A stretch of DNA of 48,542 nucleotides from Callorhinchus milii (taxonomy: Eukaryota): contig NW_024705394.1 of assembly GCF_018977255.1 (NCBI RefSeq), forward strand, positions 1 through 48,542. The letters run 5' to 3'. The notes beneath the pieces are model-generated. The model saw only the letters and a list, made by a program, of their open reading frames with translations, was not told where the DNA came from and did not search any database. A program made the translations under genes and the position numbers. Positions 1-13,452 of this stretch are shown piece by piece. How positions within the stretch are numbered: position 1 is the stretch's first letter; every line of letters starts with the position of its first letter.

Positions 1-259
1 CGTCCTCTGGCTTGAGATGGCTGCCACCTATGGGTCAGATGATTGTCTGCCACCATTAAACAATTGGTAATTAAATATTTAAATTTCCTAAACTGTGTAA
101 AATTTAGGAATTTTTTTTCAGGAAAATGCATTGTCACGCACAACGAGTCTGTGTGCAAAATGTCAGCTCGATTGGATCACGGGAAGTGGGTTAAAAAACG
201 ACCGAAAGATTTGCACGGTCCTAAGCAAGCAAGCGAACTTAATATAAAGGATTTAAAAA
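1..259. repeat. Unclassified interspersed repeat
   Basis: Reverse-complement copies at about 22250-22515 and 14478-14660. Confidence 0.85.
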
Positions 260-2675
260 TGAGATGTGATTGAGCAAATCTGAGATCAGATTTGGAATCG
301 GCACCCTGAAATTAGTCTAGAACAGCTGCAAAAGTCCAGGCCAGAAAAACATGTTGTTTTGTTGTTGTTGACCAGTGTTAACTGGCGAAAGTGTCCACCC
401 CCCCACCTCCTCTCTGAAAATTGATGAAAAGCAGCGACTTAAAACTGAACACCCAAAACATTTGAACTGCGGTGGCTAAAAGTCTCCACCCTGGCTACCA
501 TTTCGCCAAGAACAATGGAACGTAGAACAACGTGCTCAAAACAAACTCCGATTCTCTTTTAATCCTCCGATTCAGAAGTGGTGTCGACATCTGGACCCTC
601 AAACCAGTCAAAGGGTGAGTGTCGCCGTTTTGCAGGAAGCTTGATGGAAGGTGATGCAGAGGCCATCTTCCCTTGTTTGATCTTTGCTGTCAACGTGGTT
701 TTTCTTGAGAACTCAATCGCCTGTAACAAATGAACACATCGAAGACAATTGGGCATCGTCAAGAGTCTAAAGTGGTCCTCCTGCTCAAGTGAGCGTGGCT
801 TGGTGTTCGTCTCTCGTGACGAGGTGCACGGCTCCTGCGGTGGATCGTGAGAGATGGCGATTGCGCGGGGAGGTCTTCGTCCGGAAGTGGAATGATTGTG
901 GCCGATGAAGTCTCAATGCCACAAAAACAAGAATGTGAACGTGAAAACGAGGGCTCAAAACATCTGACACGAACACAATATTATTGTAAACATTAAACAG
1001 CATTTACATAAGAGGGGGGGGGGGAGCACTCAAAAGCTCCACACTGATAGAGTCAAGAATCCATGGCTACACTGCCATCTCCTGACCACCTCGTAGGCCA
1101 AGCCTGGCAGTCCCCGGCAGTCTCCCACCGACTCAACCCTGCGTCGTGTCTGAGATCTACGTTCATCAGTGGGCCCATTGCAGATTGGTCAAAACAGTTC
1201 GGCTTGAACGGGTGGGGTGACCAATCAGGTGACTGCATTGATGCCGCTACACGTGGACTGGGAATGAGAGCAACCGCCAGAAGAAATGCAGCGAGACACG
1301 TGGGAAAGAGAAGAAGTCACGTCACTGCAGGCAGAAGGAGCTCTGGTGGGAGTTCTACAGAGGGTGACCGCTGTACACGGCGTCTTGGAGGATGGTGGGA
1401 ATACACCCGCAACTTGACCCCAGCACACACAAGCAGGCGAGCAATGAAACGGTGCGCCCATTTATAGAGAATGAGAAGATGTATTGATACTGGAGGAATC
1501 CGATGAGATATGAAGCTGTTTTTCACAGATGTCCAGTACTATTAACTTTGTATTTTTATTTGACCAGGTGAGGCCCACTGAGCTGTATAGCTCTTGTTCA
1601 GAAGTGTACTGGCCACAAATGACAGCTCAACTAAGTGGCCTATCACGTGGACATGTATAGCAGCAAACGTGGAGGGGAAAATCGGAGAACCTGGAGAAAA
1701 ATCCACGCGACCACGGGGAGACCTCCTGTATGCCAGGTGAGGTCGTTCACATTTCACAACAACAAACAATACAAAAACACAATAGGAGCGCAAAGTGTAG
1801 GGAAGGTAAAACGTTTTTTTTTTAAATAAAAAAAAAAACCTAAACCATTTTTTTCTTAATTGTTTTTTTTACCCTTTTATCTGGCAACAAAACTGACACC
1901 TTTTTTACGAGGAGCCATGTTTGCATAGACCACAATACCTGCAGTCGGAATGCAAACAAAAAACACAACTCTGATAATGCATGCACTGTCCTTGAAGTTG
2001 ATTGGTCCACACCTGAGACAGCTTTCCTTAGAGCCTAGTCTCACATGGTGTTGGACCAGATGACGCCAAAAGGCGCACAACTCAAAGACAATGCACCATC
2101 AGAGTATGAGAGCTCGGGGTAAAGCATTTACACCATTGGAACCTCATTTATAAGGAGTCATGTTTGCATAAACCACAATACCTGCAGTCATAATGCAAAC
2201 AAAAAACACAACTCTGATAATGTATGCACTGTCCTTGAAGTAGATGTTTATCTTACCAGGCAAGGCCCACTAAACCATCAGCTTCTCTTACAGAAGCGTC
2301 CCGGCCACAAGCGCGAGCAGCTCTACGAAGCGGCTCACCACGTGAAAGATTGTTGAAGAGCAACAATGATATTTTGGAGTAAGAGAAAAAAGTGCGTGAC
2401 ATCATCATCATCGATCACGAGCAAATATTAACGCTCTGGAGGTAATCTCCTAAGCCCGGATACTCAGCATTTCTTCGGAGATGCACTCAAGGTAACAACG
2501 CTAACAACTGCTCTACTCCAGGAGTACTGAGCTACTTCATAATTTCCTGTCGCTATCCGCACCTGTCTACCTGCATTGCATGGCTATAGACTTTAAACCC
2601 CGCTCCTGTTTCTGAACAAATCTTCATGACATCTGAAGACGCTTTCCACCGACTTTATTGCTCCAGTGCAGTGTT

Positions 2676-2795
2676 ATTCTTCACCTGAGACGGCTGCTTG
2701 CGTTGTGCCGAAACGTCGTGAGAATTATTTAATATTTTATTTTTATTATTTTATTACTTCCCTTCACGTGACTTTACCGAAAGAACCAAGAAGAT
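2676..2795 (+). mobile_element. Penelope terminus with degenerate hammerhead
   Basis: CACCTGAGACGG...GAAACGTCGTG (1-nt core deletion), followed by an AT tract and GACTTTACCGAAAGAACC. Confidence 0.75.
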
Positions 2796-3959
2796 CATCC
2801 ATCACGCATTGACTGCGAATCCGGCACTCAGTCGTGCCCACGCTTACACTCACAAGACGGGATCTCAGCTGCCGGCTCAGTCGTGACGCTCACGCCCGCA
2901 CCTTCGGACTCCGCACCTACGTATAAACGTGAATATTAATGAACACAAATCACGCAAAGATCCTGCAATTTAAAACATTTATTCGGCCTTGCCGGAATAC
3001 GAGTGCATTGTACGAGCAAATCTACATTTGCATTTTTTTTATTTTGGGAATTCAGAAACCCGTCCCTTGGTCACGGGCATGCTTTGTGAGCACTCTCCGT
3101 CTCTGGCACATTCATCCTACGTTCATTGAACAAATGCTCCAAGCTCGTCAAGATGTCTATTCCACCTTCCCACATCCAGTGACCCTTTGAATCTGATTGA
3201 TGGTGATGGAGACTCGCATTAAACTGCAGAAGTGATTTTAGTTTTTAAATTGTAAATTTTTGTTTAATGTTATTGTCAAATGAATGGCTTAGATTACAAT
3301 GACATAGTTTATTAGATTACAGCAATTATTTAATTATCTGGGAAAAACTCTCCCCCAGTTGGTGGAGCTCTGAGTTTGACAGCGCACCGCACATTTGGAG
3401 AATGCTTCTATCCAGCGTGAACATCCACACATGACCCAATCATCCCTAGCGCTCAAGCGAGCCGCTTTGTCCCTACGAGAGTGGATCGAGTCCCATTGCA
3501 TCGTCCAAAGAATTTCAATCAAAGCAGTCGCATTACTCACCGTAAAATCCATGCTGTCCGAGCCCTCGGAGTCCGACAGATGCAAAACTTTTCGCTTTTT
3601 CTTCACGACCTCCCCGTGCAAGGGGCTTGGGGATGCCGCCCTTGTAAGGCGACTTGGCCACTGTCACCGGTGCGAGCAAAGGTGGAGTCTTGCAGATCGC
3701 ACGGACACACAAACAGAGATCCCCCAGTTAGGCCTGCAGGCTTGCGGGAGTGCCGTGCTGATCGCAAACACCTAACGTCAGCGCTTAGCCCAGCGGGGTT
3801 ATTGAACAAGACTGACTGATGACTAAGACCCGGAGGTAAAAACTGGTCCAGATCTTGGTAGCTTGGATGAATACTATATTCTTAGGTTTTTCGGTAAAGT
3901 CACGTAGGTAAAAAATTTAAATTAATAAAAGTAAAATAAAACAAAATAAAATAAAAAAT

Positions 3960-4000
3960 CACGACGTTTCGGAAGCAACACAAGCCTCCGTCTTCAGGTG
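3960..4000 (-). ncRNA. Minimal hammerhead ribozyme in Penelope remnant (about 3878-4321)
   Basis: Reverse complement reads CACCTGAAGACGGAGGCTTGTGTTGCTTCCGAAACGTCGTG. Confidence 0.8.
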
Positions 4001-4321
4001 GAACCGTCACAGCCACGACAGCCGTATCAAGTAAATGAGAGATCACAAGAAATACCACTCCGTATATATAATGGTTGAGGGGGGAAGGGCCCGGAAAGGC
4101 ACACTTTTTTATTAATATGGTAAGGTGAGGCTTAAGACTAAGAATACTCTGGGCGATTCTCAGCCGGAGTGAAATCGCCCAAAAAGAGGCGGTACTCCAC
4201 AGAACGTGACATGACGCTGATTGGACTATATCCAGAGGCACAGTGACGGCTAGCGTGACTCTGTGGTTGAATGAGATTGGTGGTGCGTCGCCCAATCGCC
4301 CTAATGAAGAAACCGCCCCTG

Positions 4322-4351
4322 NNNNNNNNNNNNNNNNNNNNNNNNNNNNNN
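4322..4351. other. Assembly gap (30 N)
   Basis: Run of N characters. Confidence 1.
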
Positions 4352-7300
4352 CGACATCGGCTGGCGGTCTCATGGGCGCACTCCAATACAGACTGCCTCT
4401 CCATTTATGATGCACGGTTGTAAGCGTCCAGTAGTGTCGTAAGCATGTCTTCTTTCGTGAGCTACGGCTTCCTTCCAAAGGCGAAATGTCCGTTGGTGGC
4501 ACTAAGTGAAGTGTTCTTGTGACCCAGACGAGGATTGGTGCACTCCCGGCGCGAGTCCGGGAACTACGCGTAGTCAATACACGGGAATTTTTAGTCTAGG
4601 CGCACGCAGTGCGTGACCCAGCTGAGAACGATGAGTCTCTCTTATAGATGCGTCTAGAAATCACCGAGAGACTTAGTCGATAATAGTGTTCTGATTTGGG
4701 CAGTAAAATTGGTAGCACAAGTACACCGGGGGTGGCAAATCCGGGATTTGCTTGCTCGATGACACTAACCCGCATTAAGCCTACATCCGGGTCTAGCGCT
4801 GCACGGTTACAAGCTAGACAGGCATCCTTGTCGGCTGCATTCCTAACCAGACAACAAGGATTGGCGCACACTGCAGTGGTAGCACAGCAATATGAAGGGT
4901 AACAACGTAACGCCCACCTGTTGATCATCTTGAGACTGGGGCGAATACATGGTTTTCGGAACACGGCCTATGCGGGCAGGAGTTGGGTACCCTTTCCAGG
5001 TAAAAAGCTACGGCCCCCAATGGTGTTATTTTAACACTGTAGATATAATAGAATAAGGCTTGCGTGAAGCATGTGCTTCGCTTGGTCGAACACGAGACTG
5101 TTTGCCTTACCCAGGAATCGCGTGCCCTATTGATCGACTTATGTAGATCGTCTGAATTCCTAATCTGATATTCCCAAGCTACAGAGGGAATAGTGAACCC
5201 ATTACGATTGGCCAAATGTAGGCGCCCGTTCTTAGTTTACCATAGCTAAATGCGAGGGAGTTAAGTCAGGTAGGACTTCGAGATACAGAACCCCTAAGTG
5301 CCAGGCTAAGCGGACACAAAAGCACAGGGGGAGAAGGCGCACATAAATTGAATACCAGTAGCAGACGCTAGGTTACTACATAAAAGGGTTACAAAGGAAA
5401 ATACCGGAGGATAAGCTTCGATTGACAGTTTGTGGTGTATCGGGAAAGCTAACGGAGTCTCGTTAGGTACGAGATGTCTGATGAAAGACGTGCGTGACTA
5501 CGTTAGAAATGCGATCGTCGGATTACCTAAGGGCCGGTACGTAAATTCTTGCACGCGGGACCTGACTGCATTACACTACTTCGGTGTGTGGGCGAGATAA
5601 AGCTAGAGACGAGCGTCAAGAGCAAGTAGACCGTTGTCCCACGCTTGCTCTATTCGCGAAACTGGGAAAGAAATTTCGATATCCTCAGGAAGGGCAGATC
5701 ACGAGCCATGTGAGTGGGCGCGTGGGGGCTGACTACCCACCAACTCTCCGCTCGAATTGTTTAGGAGAGATTCACAAGAGACCGATTGAATCGGTAAGGC
5801 CGGGGAATAAGGGGCCTAGTACCCGCATATGCTAGGACACTCTGAACCATCCGACCCCGTACTTATCGATGCCTAGCGATACGAATCACCTACAAGCTGA
5901 CGACGAGGGTAGCCAGGAGGATACTCCAACATATCAAGTTAGGTCTCCCGCGAAAATTGCTCCTCTGTCTTACTACAGCCAGCGGTCCCGCCCACCTCCG
6001 TTCGAAAGATCTAGTAGACTGAATATGGCCTCTAAGTCGAAGAGAATGAATCGTGAAGTCGAATTACATATTCTTAAAACTCCCTGTGGTTGACTCCGTA
6101 AATTTGACAGTCGGCTAATACCTTTTGGGATGGTTCGTGGCTTATGCTCACCCCCACAGAATCAGCTCTGCCGACGCCAGCGATACGGCAGAAGTTGACT
6201 CGTGTCTGAACCTTACTCGCATTAACGGTGTCTTAAATCTCCCAAAGACCGCTCCATGCGAACGGGTTCGCCTAGCGGTCTACGTATTCCCCGTCTCCTG
6301 TTCTATTGTGACAGCTTCGAGGTTCGGTTGAAAACCTCAGTGGTACTCTTAGATTTGACCACATTACCCGAAAGTCTAGCCCCGGCTAAGCTAACTTAGT
6401 TTCATGAGGCCGACCACATAACGGGTATGTTAGTATTCGGACCACACTCGGGGTATTCTCAAGCGAGGCAATGCTTGATTGATCAGCCTCGAAGCACAGG
6501 CTGGCATTCGTAATCTCGCCGACACTTGTAAAATCAAGCCGGGGTTGGTAATATGTTTGAAGCGAACTGCATATCGCTAACAGCACAGTCCCGTTAAGCT
6601 GAAACATTTGTAGAGAGAAGCCGTTGCAGCGCATTTTGCGAACTAGAACCCGTGAAGAGTGCCATACAGTTTACCCGGATAGCTCAGCTCGGTCAGATTT
6701 GCAGAATTTAAATGACATACTTCACGAGGAGAGAGCCGAGACTTTCGGTGTTTTTCCTTACCGTGCTCGATTAGCCCATTTGGGTAATTTCGGGTGGAAA
6801 GTAACATTCCTAGCCATAATTCGAGAATACGGCTACTGTGCGGCGGTGTAGGAACTCTCCGTATTCGACACCCCCGTCATCCTACGAAGCGGTTGGCGCG
6901 GGGTCCACACACGGCCTCTGGGCACGGGGAGCGCATGGTGAACTCCGTAGGAGGTAATCATGGTGAGGCGTTAGATCGTAGCAAACCGTGGAAGTGATCG
7001 AACCCGCGTGAACCGAACTGTAAGCCCCACAGCAGGGTCTAATAAACTTATTGCAATCGTAATCCAGGCAGTTGGTGATCTACCAGTCGTGAAAGTAAAC
7101 TAGAGTTGGGCAGTCATATGGATTTGAAACCCACGTGCCTGCCGGTGGGGATATCCTCTTTCCATTCCCGCTCAGAATTTCCATTTAAATTCTAGGTTCG
7201 GAGTCAAACTCTGTTCCCTGAGGTGACCTTCTGTTCCCACTCGTGATTAGAGGAAGTTCCGAGGACCGATTAAACCGTACTCACTCTTAAGCTGCCTTCG

Positions 7301-10300
7301 GTAGATCTCTTCCTCTTGCAAGAATCATCCACCCTCCGCTGACCTCCTTCCAACTCGGGCAGTAACACCTCAGAGCGAGAAAACAGATCGTTCCTCTCAC
7401 CTTATACTTCTTGAGGGGGGAGATCTATCAGCCCACTGGCCAGAACGTACGACTGGTCCGCAGCCTGCAACGCTCCGGCTTGCTATAGCGTTTCCCCCCC
7501 CGTGGGGGTTAGCTCACCCTGGGAAGTTAGTATTGAGGGCTGCTTTATAAAAGTTTAGGCGCACCCTCAATGACCGCGTGTGCATTTCTTCGTCGAATTC
7601 GTGCCTCCGCGCGTTTCGCTCCTGTCTTCGATGGTTTCATAACAACCGGCGTGTGGTGTAGTCCTAAGTACGGGTTACTGAGTAAATTAAACTAACGTAT
7701 GTCGGCATCTCTCAAAGGAGCACGAACAGTGAAGGGGTGGGCTGTATGCAGTTGGCTCCGCACTAGGTTTATTCCATCATTACCCCCCCTAGTCCATAGT
7801 AGCTCACGTGTATAGTTATTGATTGAACAAACAACAGAGATTGGGGTTAACTGGCATTCCTACAAGTCTCATCGCCTCGACTGAAAAGCGTTCTTTCACG
7901 TGTGACACATTACTCCAGGCACGGGAGCAATTTCTCGCCGATGAAATTTCCCCCACATACGCATAGAGGTGCGACTGTCAGGTGAATCGAGGTCTACACT
8001 CCTGTTGCGTCAGCTGATAACGGAACACTCTCGACAGTGAAAGCGTGCTGTACGAGGATGACAATGCGCAGTGGGCATAGAGAGCTTTCAACCTTCTGAA
8101 TAGTTTCGGGCTGGGGCGGACAGTAACGTGTGTATATGGGCCCGAAATATCCGGCTCGCGGATTGACACGCGCTACCTTCAAAGTCGTAACATTCGAGCC
8201 AAGGATCACTTACCAACCACGCCCGAAAAAAACTTTTCCCGCTAGTGTCTACAGAAGCATGCGTTCTAACGGTTAACTTGATCCCTCGTCAGAAATCCCT
8301 TTAGTACACCTGTTATAGGGGCTCGAAAGGGTCGTTACAGATATGTGACAAACGGCTAGCTCCCGCCTCGCCGCAGCCACATGTGACCAAACTACAGGCG
8401 AATCGGAGAGTGGCCTTCGGGAAGGGGACCTCCGCCCCAATCGAAAACGGCTGACTTCGTACTGACAGTGTGTGGAACGACAACCAGACCGGTGCGGACT
8501 AACCACATACGTCAGAACGGATTCTCGAATGTCCGACCCCCAGGTTTAGAGCCACCTCACAAGCTATCGAGAGAGACCTGGCACGCCGTTTCTTTATCCT
8601 TATCTGATGTCAAATTGTAAGACAGATTCTGTGTTACCGTAATACCCAATCATCCGAACAACCTGTGATGGACAACACGGGACGGAGACACAGCTTTTAA
8701 TACCAAGGCGAACTACGAGGATGTGGGTATTTTAAAGCCTTATCCGGGAATAGACACGCCCAGTGACGGGTACGTTATGAGGAGGATATTTGGATAAACG
8801 ACTGCTGAAGGTAAACTCGTTCCTTCAATTGGGCAATCCCGACAGGAGTCGATTCTAGGTGTCGGCCGCTAGAAGTGGATAGCACAAGGTGGATCGATCG
8901 TCAAATTAGGTAGTATCCAGTCAAATGCGAATCGTTAAGGTGTGGGATCATTGTTAAGTATACACCGGGGCTAGACCCTGGAACATGTGGCCGTTATGCC
9001 GTCTTCATGCCTCAGTAATTATACGTGACAGCAGTGGGACACTACGGTTAATCGCCCACGGGTCGTTGTTATATGGTGATTCAACCTATCGAAGATTGTA
9101 ATGAACACCATTGGGCACTTTCCCGGTGGAACAGTTGGCGAGTAGGGCGACTTGCTGACAGTCTCCAGCACAAGTGACTTGAAAAAGGCGAAAACCTCTT
9201 GTGTCGAGCGACTACCCGGCTCCCGACAATCCGGCTATGTTTGTCTCAAGATCGCTGGCCTAAAAGAGTAATCATGTTCCACCAAGACCGGTTAAAGTAT
9301 ATTAGGTTGCCATTGAGGCCCCGTCCTCCGCCACGTGCGGAGTTTCGTTCCCTCAAATAACCATTTTTGACGAGCGTGGTATGGCCCATTGCTTACACGC
9401 TGATATTGACGTTGCGATTTCCGCCACACAACTTGCCTGTCCTCATAATTGTCTAGATTGGGTCTAACTAGACGGTTAAAGGTGTGTTATTCGAAGTCCG
9501 CGATACGTGATGACCGGTACGCCCGGATCATAAGAACTAACTCTTGTCCATCTCCCCCAAACGACGATGTCTATGACACCATCAAAGCCAGCTTTTTTGT
9601 ACCCCTTACCAGGGACTAACTAGAAGCCGACGCCGTAAACAACGATCCTATGGCGATGCCGACAGATGACTTTTCGTATTAAGGGGAACATTCGATGAAT
9701 GATCCGTACGAGGTTCGGTCCTTACCGGAACTTAGAATTGAGAATCCTTCCTCCTATTATTATCTCAACGGTAAACGTGTCCTCTTCCCAGCGCTGAGAG
9801 ACTAACACAACCCACATAACAGGGTCAGTTGAATTCTACCTCAAATGACAACCGGGCCGTCATGCTTGGCTCACGGGCTAACCGAGCTAGAATTTCGAGA
9901 AGTTCCTTCGCGGTGGAAGCGGTGCCGACTCCCCAAAACCCCATCGACAAAGGATGAAGTCTGTTCCGCTCTCTAGAAAGAGGGCGGATTTGGGAGGGTC
10001 CCGCCGACCTATAACGCCCTCCTCAAGACGCGCAGCCAAGGCATTCCCGCTCTGATCGACGAATGAAGACTCTGGGAGATATTACTGTGAGCACGACTGG
10101 AATCTGGTCGTAAGTATATCTCCGTATACATATGCACCCAAGGCGGCCGGCGCCCACGGCCAAGCTCACATAATTTCACGACAGGATTTACCTCCAAGAT
10201 ACCAGTTGAGATAGTTAGTGCTGGATCTCGCGTGATTAGTTTAGGAGCCCACGCAACTATCATCATCGGACGGCGACTCTTGGCAGGGTAGCAAATAAAT

Positions 10301-12570
10301 TTGATTAACGAAAATTACTCCGCACTCCGGTCCCACGAATTCCTATCTTTCAGGCCGCTAGAATAGGGTGATGATTGCCCATCCCTCCCGGCCATTCTTG
10401 TTGAAAATGCTGTCTGCCATGCCACGCTGTTATGTTTAAATCGCAGGAACAGTCAACTATACAGCAGTGAGGTGAGCCGTAGTACGTCAAAAATCATACC
10501 ATAGCTGACAGCGTGTTGGCTGCCTCAGGTGACTCATACGATTACTCCTGAAGGATAAGGGTCCGCAATATGGAGCTCTAGAGTGAGCTAACTCGACTAC
10601 GGGGATCGGGTCCGAGTATACGATATTTACTACGGGACTAACATCTTTAGTCCACAACAGCTATTCCTATATCGGGGAGTTCAAGCAGCCACCACTTCCG
10701 GCTAGATACAAACACGGATTTCATCAAGATAGCAGCGAAAGGTCGAATGCAGCTTTTCTGAGTGTTGCTTTGACGCCCGGTTTATTAATATGCCCTCGTG
10801 GGATACCGCGCAGTTTTAAAGCGATGATCTTTGTGCCGCTACAGCTCGGGAACTCTTACATGATCGAAGAAATACGCACGGATAGATCTCCCAAAATCAG
10901 TCACTATCCCAGAAATGTTGTGTTAGCCCCTATCGATGCAAGCACGGTATTAGGAGTTGCAGCCTCTGTTTTATTAGGTCAGCCGATATTGTCTTACATC
11001 AGCACCCTGGACTTATCCCCTGCCGATGGGTAGACAAAGAAGGCCCTCCGTGAATGGTCACTGCCCCCTCTGGATTCGTACTACTCCATAGGGGAAGTAA
11101 GGCGTAGGATGCGCAGTCGTGTAGACGAGGACCAGTAGCGGCACAGAAAAGCTCTCCATGCTGATAAGGACTTAACCGAAAAACACGTATATTATCGGGA
11201 ATAGTTGCTTCTAGCTGGTCAGGCAGCTACTTATCCCTAAAGTAGTTCAACACGTCATACAGCTCTCGTATAAAGAACCTACGTCAGAAATCGCTCAATA
11301 GCGCATAGCACAGTCGTGCTTCATCACTAAGGACTGCACGTTTACAACACAAGCGCTCATTCCAAGTCGCCGAAAGAAAAAACTTTTACCCGCTAACAGT
11401 AAATTACAGTGGCGGTTCCCGTCGACGGGCCGAATAAGGGGTAGCGCAGGAAGTCACTAAATCCAATGCAATAGGTTAACTCTGATCCCAGGAGCTAGTG
11501 AAAGCTAATGTCCCAGGGCTAGACGCGCGCCCGAGCCGGATTCGAGTAACCTGATCAACTTCCTGCCGTCGACACTAAAACTTCAAGTTGAGGCATTTGA
11601 TCGGGATGATGTGACACTGTCGCAGTTCGTTAGAGCAGCAGTAGTGTCCATGGCCTAGCTCTCAAAGAGTATTTTGGATCTAACGTATCGCCCTAATCTA
11701 GCATATCTCTGACCTAAAGTCCCATGCATAGGCAGTTGACGCTGCATACAGCGCCGAACAGAGTTGAGATTCCAAGGTTATCAACTGAGGGCCTGTGTCG
11801 CCAGTACTTCAGGATTAGTAGGATAGATGCAGTGGAGCGTGGGATTTTGTTGCGACAAAGAAGTCCAGCGTAATTGAAAGTGGGGGTAATGCAACACCGG
11901 TTGTGGCTAAGTCTAGCAATGCTAAGGGGCCACCCGGCACTCCTTTGAGAGGCCCGTGGTTGATGTTAGGCGGCTGGTGGAATGTAACGTCACCTTTCGT
12001 CTGGCTGCCTGTCTAGTGTGGAGCATTTCACATAATCCGAGAATAGTTAAATATTAATGTACGAGCTAGATTATTTGCACTGCCATTATACAGTTACCAC
12101 TTAAACTGTACCGACATAATATGCGAGTATCTGCTATCGAATTGACAGTCGATCAGAATGCTACTGGTTAAACCTAGCGTTCGACTAACCTAGATCCACA
12201 CTGCTTAAGAGCCCGGCCTTTGACAATAGTATAACAGCGTCTCCGCGTAGCGATTGAGCCAATCAACCGTGTACCGACTACCTTAAACGACCGGTTTCTG
12301 CATAAGAAAAAAAAAAATCGGACTTTCGATGAAGGCTCATGCCTCGCTAAGGCAGAGTGGACGCCAAAAAAATACAAATTGAGCAAGAGGGGTAAACTAC
12401 CAAGCCATCTCATTGTACGGAGTTAGGTAGTGCTGTTCCACATGGGCAAACACTTCGCGGCGTGCAATTGGTGCTAGAAGGTTGAATGTACCACATTGCC
12501 TTAGTCGTATTCGGGAACGCCGCAGGGTGTACCTCTGACCGACACATGTCACTATATCGTTAGGCCCCAT
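4352..12570. other. Featureless, random-looking block
   Basis: Near-equal base use; no host repeats, microsatellites or AT tracts in the interior; no ORF above about 120 aa. Boundaries are approximate. Confidence 0.75.
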
Positions 12571-12594
12571 GGAAGCGAGCCACCCAGCTGATGT

Positions 12595-12790
12595 GGGGTG
12601 ACGTCACGACACAACAAACCCCCCCCACCCCTCCATTGCCACGTAAGCCAATCGGCGAACTCCCCACTGGGTGATGACGTCACGCACGCGCATCCTGTAG
12701 CCAATGAGCGCGTCCGCCTAGGGACGGATGACGTCATGTGACTCGAGAGGGGGAGGGGCTACACAAGTCGAGGGCGAGACACGTGATTGG
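12595..12790 (+). promoter_or_regulatory. CpG-rich promoter with CRE and CCAAT boxes
   Basis: TGACGTCA at 12599, 12675 and 12729; CCAAT at 12648 and 12701; ATTGG at 12786; CACGTG at 12780. Confidence 0.65.
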
Positions 12791-12980
12791 CTGCTGCTGC
12801 TGCTGCGGCTCTTTCATCGTTCATCTCTGCTGCTGCTGCAGATACAGCTGCAGCAGATACAGCTACAGCTGCTACAGCTGCTGCTACAGATACAGCTGCA
12901 GCTGCTGCTGCGTTGCCTGCCGACAGCAGCCTGAGCATTGCGAGCCCGACTGCCGTGAAGTTGCGAGAAAGTATCTGCAG
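12790..12980 (+). other. Probable non-coding first exon with a (GCT/GCA)-rich repeat
   Basis: Consensus donor CAG|GTGAGT at 12980/12981 directly after the promoter. No ATG-initiated frame runs open through the donor. The 5' end is approximate. Confidence 0.55.
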
Positions 12981-13069
12981 GTGAGTGGGTGGTCCCCCCC
13001 TACCTCCCTCCACCACCAGCACTCCTCTTTTAAAGGAATCATTGCGTCCGTACACGCCTGCGACGATTG

Positions 13070-13452
13070 GAGTGGTGAGGGTGAGGGGTGAGCGGTTGTT
13101 GTGAGGGTGAGTGGTGAGAGTGAGGGGTGAGGGTGGGTGGTGGGTGGTGTGGTGAGTGGTGAGAGTGAGGGTGAGGGTGAGTGGTGAGGGTGAGTGGTGA
13201 GTGGTGAGGGTGAGTGGTGAGCGTGAGTGGTGAGTGGTGAGGGTGAGTGGTGAGGGTGGTGAGGGTGACTGGTGAGGGTGGTGAGGGTGAGTGGTGAGGG
13301 TGAGTGGTGATTAGTGAGTGGTGAGGGTGAGGGGTGAGGGTGGGTGGTGAGGGTGAGTGGTGAGGGTGAGTGGTGAGGGTGAGTGATGAGAGAGTTGTGA
13401 GAGAGTGGTTAGTGGTGAGGGTGAGTGGTGAGGGTGAGTGGTGAGGGTGAGT
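13070..13452. repeat. (GAGGGTGAGTGGT)n minisatellite; second tract at 18803-18928
   Basis: Read directly from the sequence. Confidence 0.9.

Noticed and set aside
3334..3621. DDWVMCGCSRW peptide resembling a transposase C-terminal Zn finger
   Set aside because: Too short and degenerate to support a call.
6673..6750. CCCGGATAGCTCAG matches the 5' end of tRNA-Lys
   Set aside because: No T-arm/B box and no cloverleaf; a plausible chance match in the random-like block.
8101..8212. rRNA-like words (CTGGGGCGG; AAAGTCGTAACA...AAGGATCA)
   Set aside because: Isolated short matches, helix 45 absent, no colinear rRNA context.
9586..9602. Resembles lambda/Gateway attB core (AGCCAGCTTTTTTGTAC)
   Set aside because: Single copy, no partner site or vector sequence; post hoc match.
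6246..10123. Several hairpins (6246-6281, 7532-7571, 9965-9988, 10075-10123)
   Set aside because: No shared sequence or periodic spacing; similar stems are expected in 8 kb of random sequence.
12298..12317. Minus-strand acceptor-like T11CTTATGCAG
   Set aside because: No recognisable exon follows.
12728..13091. Poly-Ala, Cys-rich and Leu/Gln ORFs
   Set aside because: Translations of a GCT/GCA repeat. The Ala- and Cys-rich + frames lack an ATG, and the ATG frame stops before the donor.
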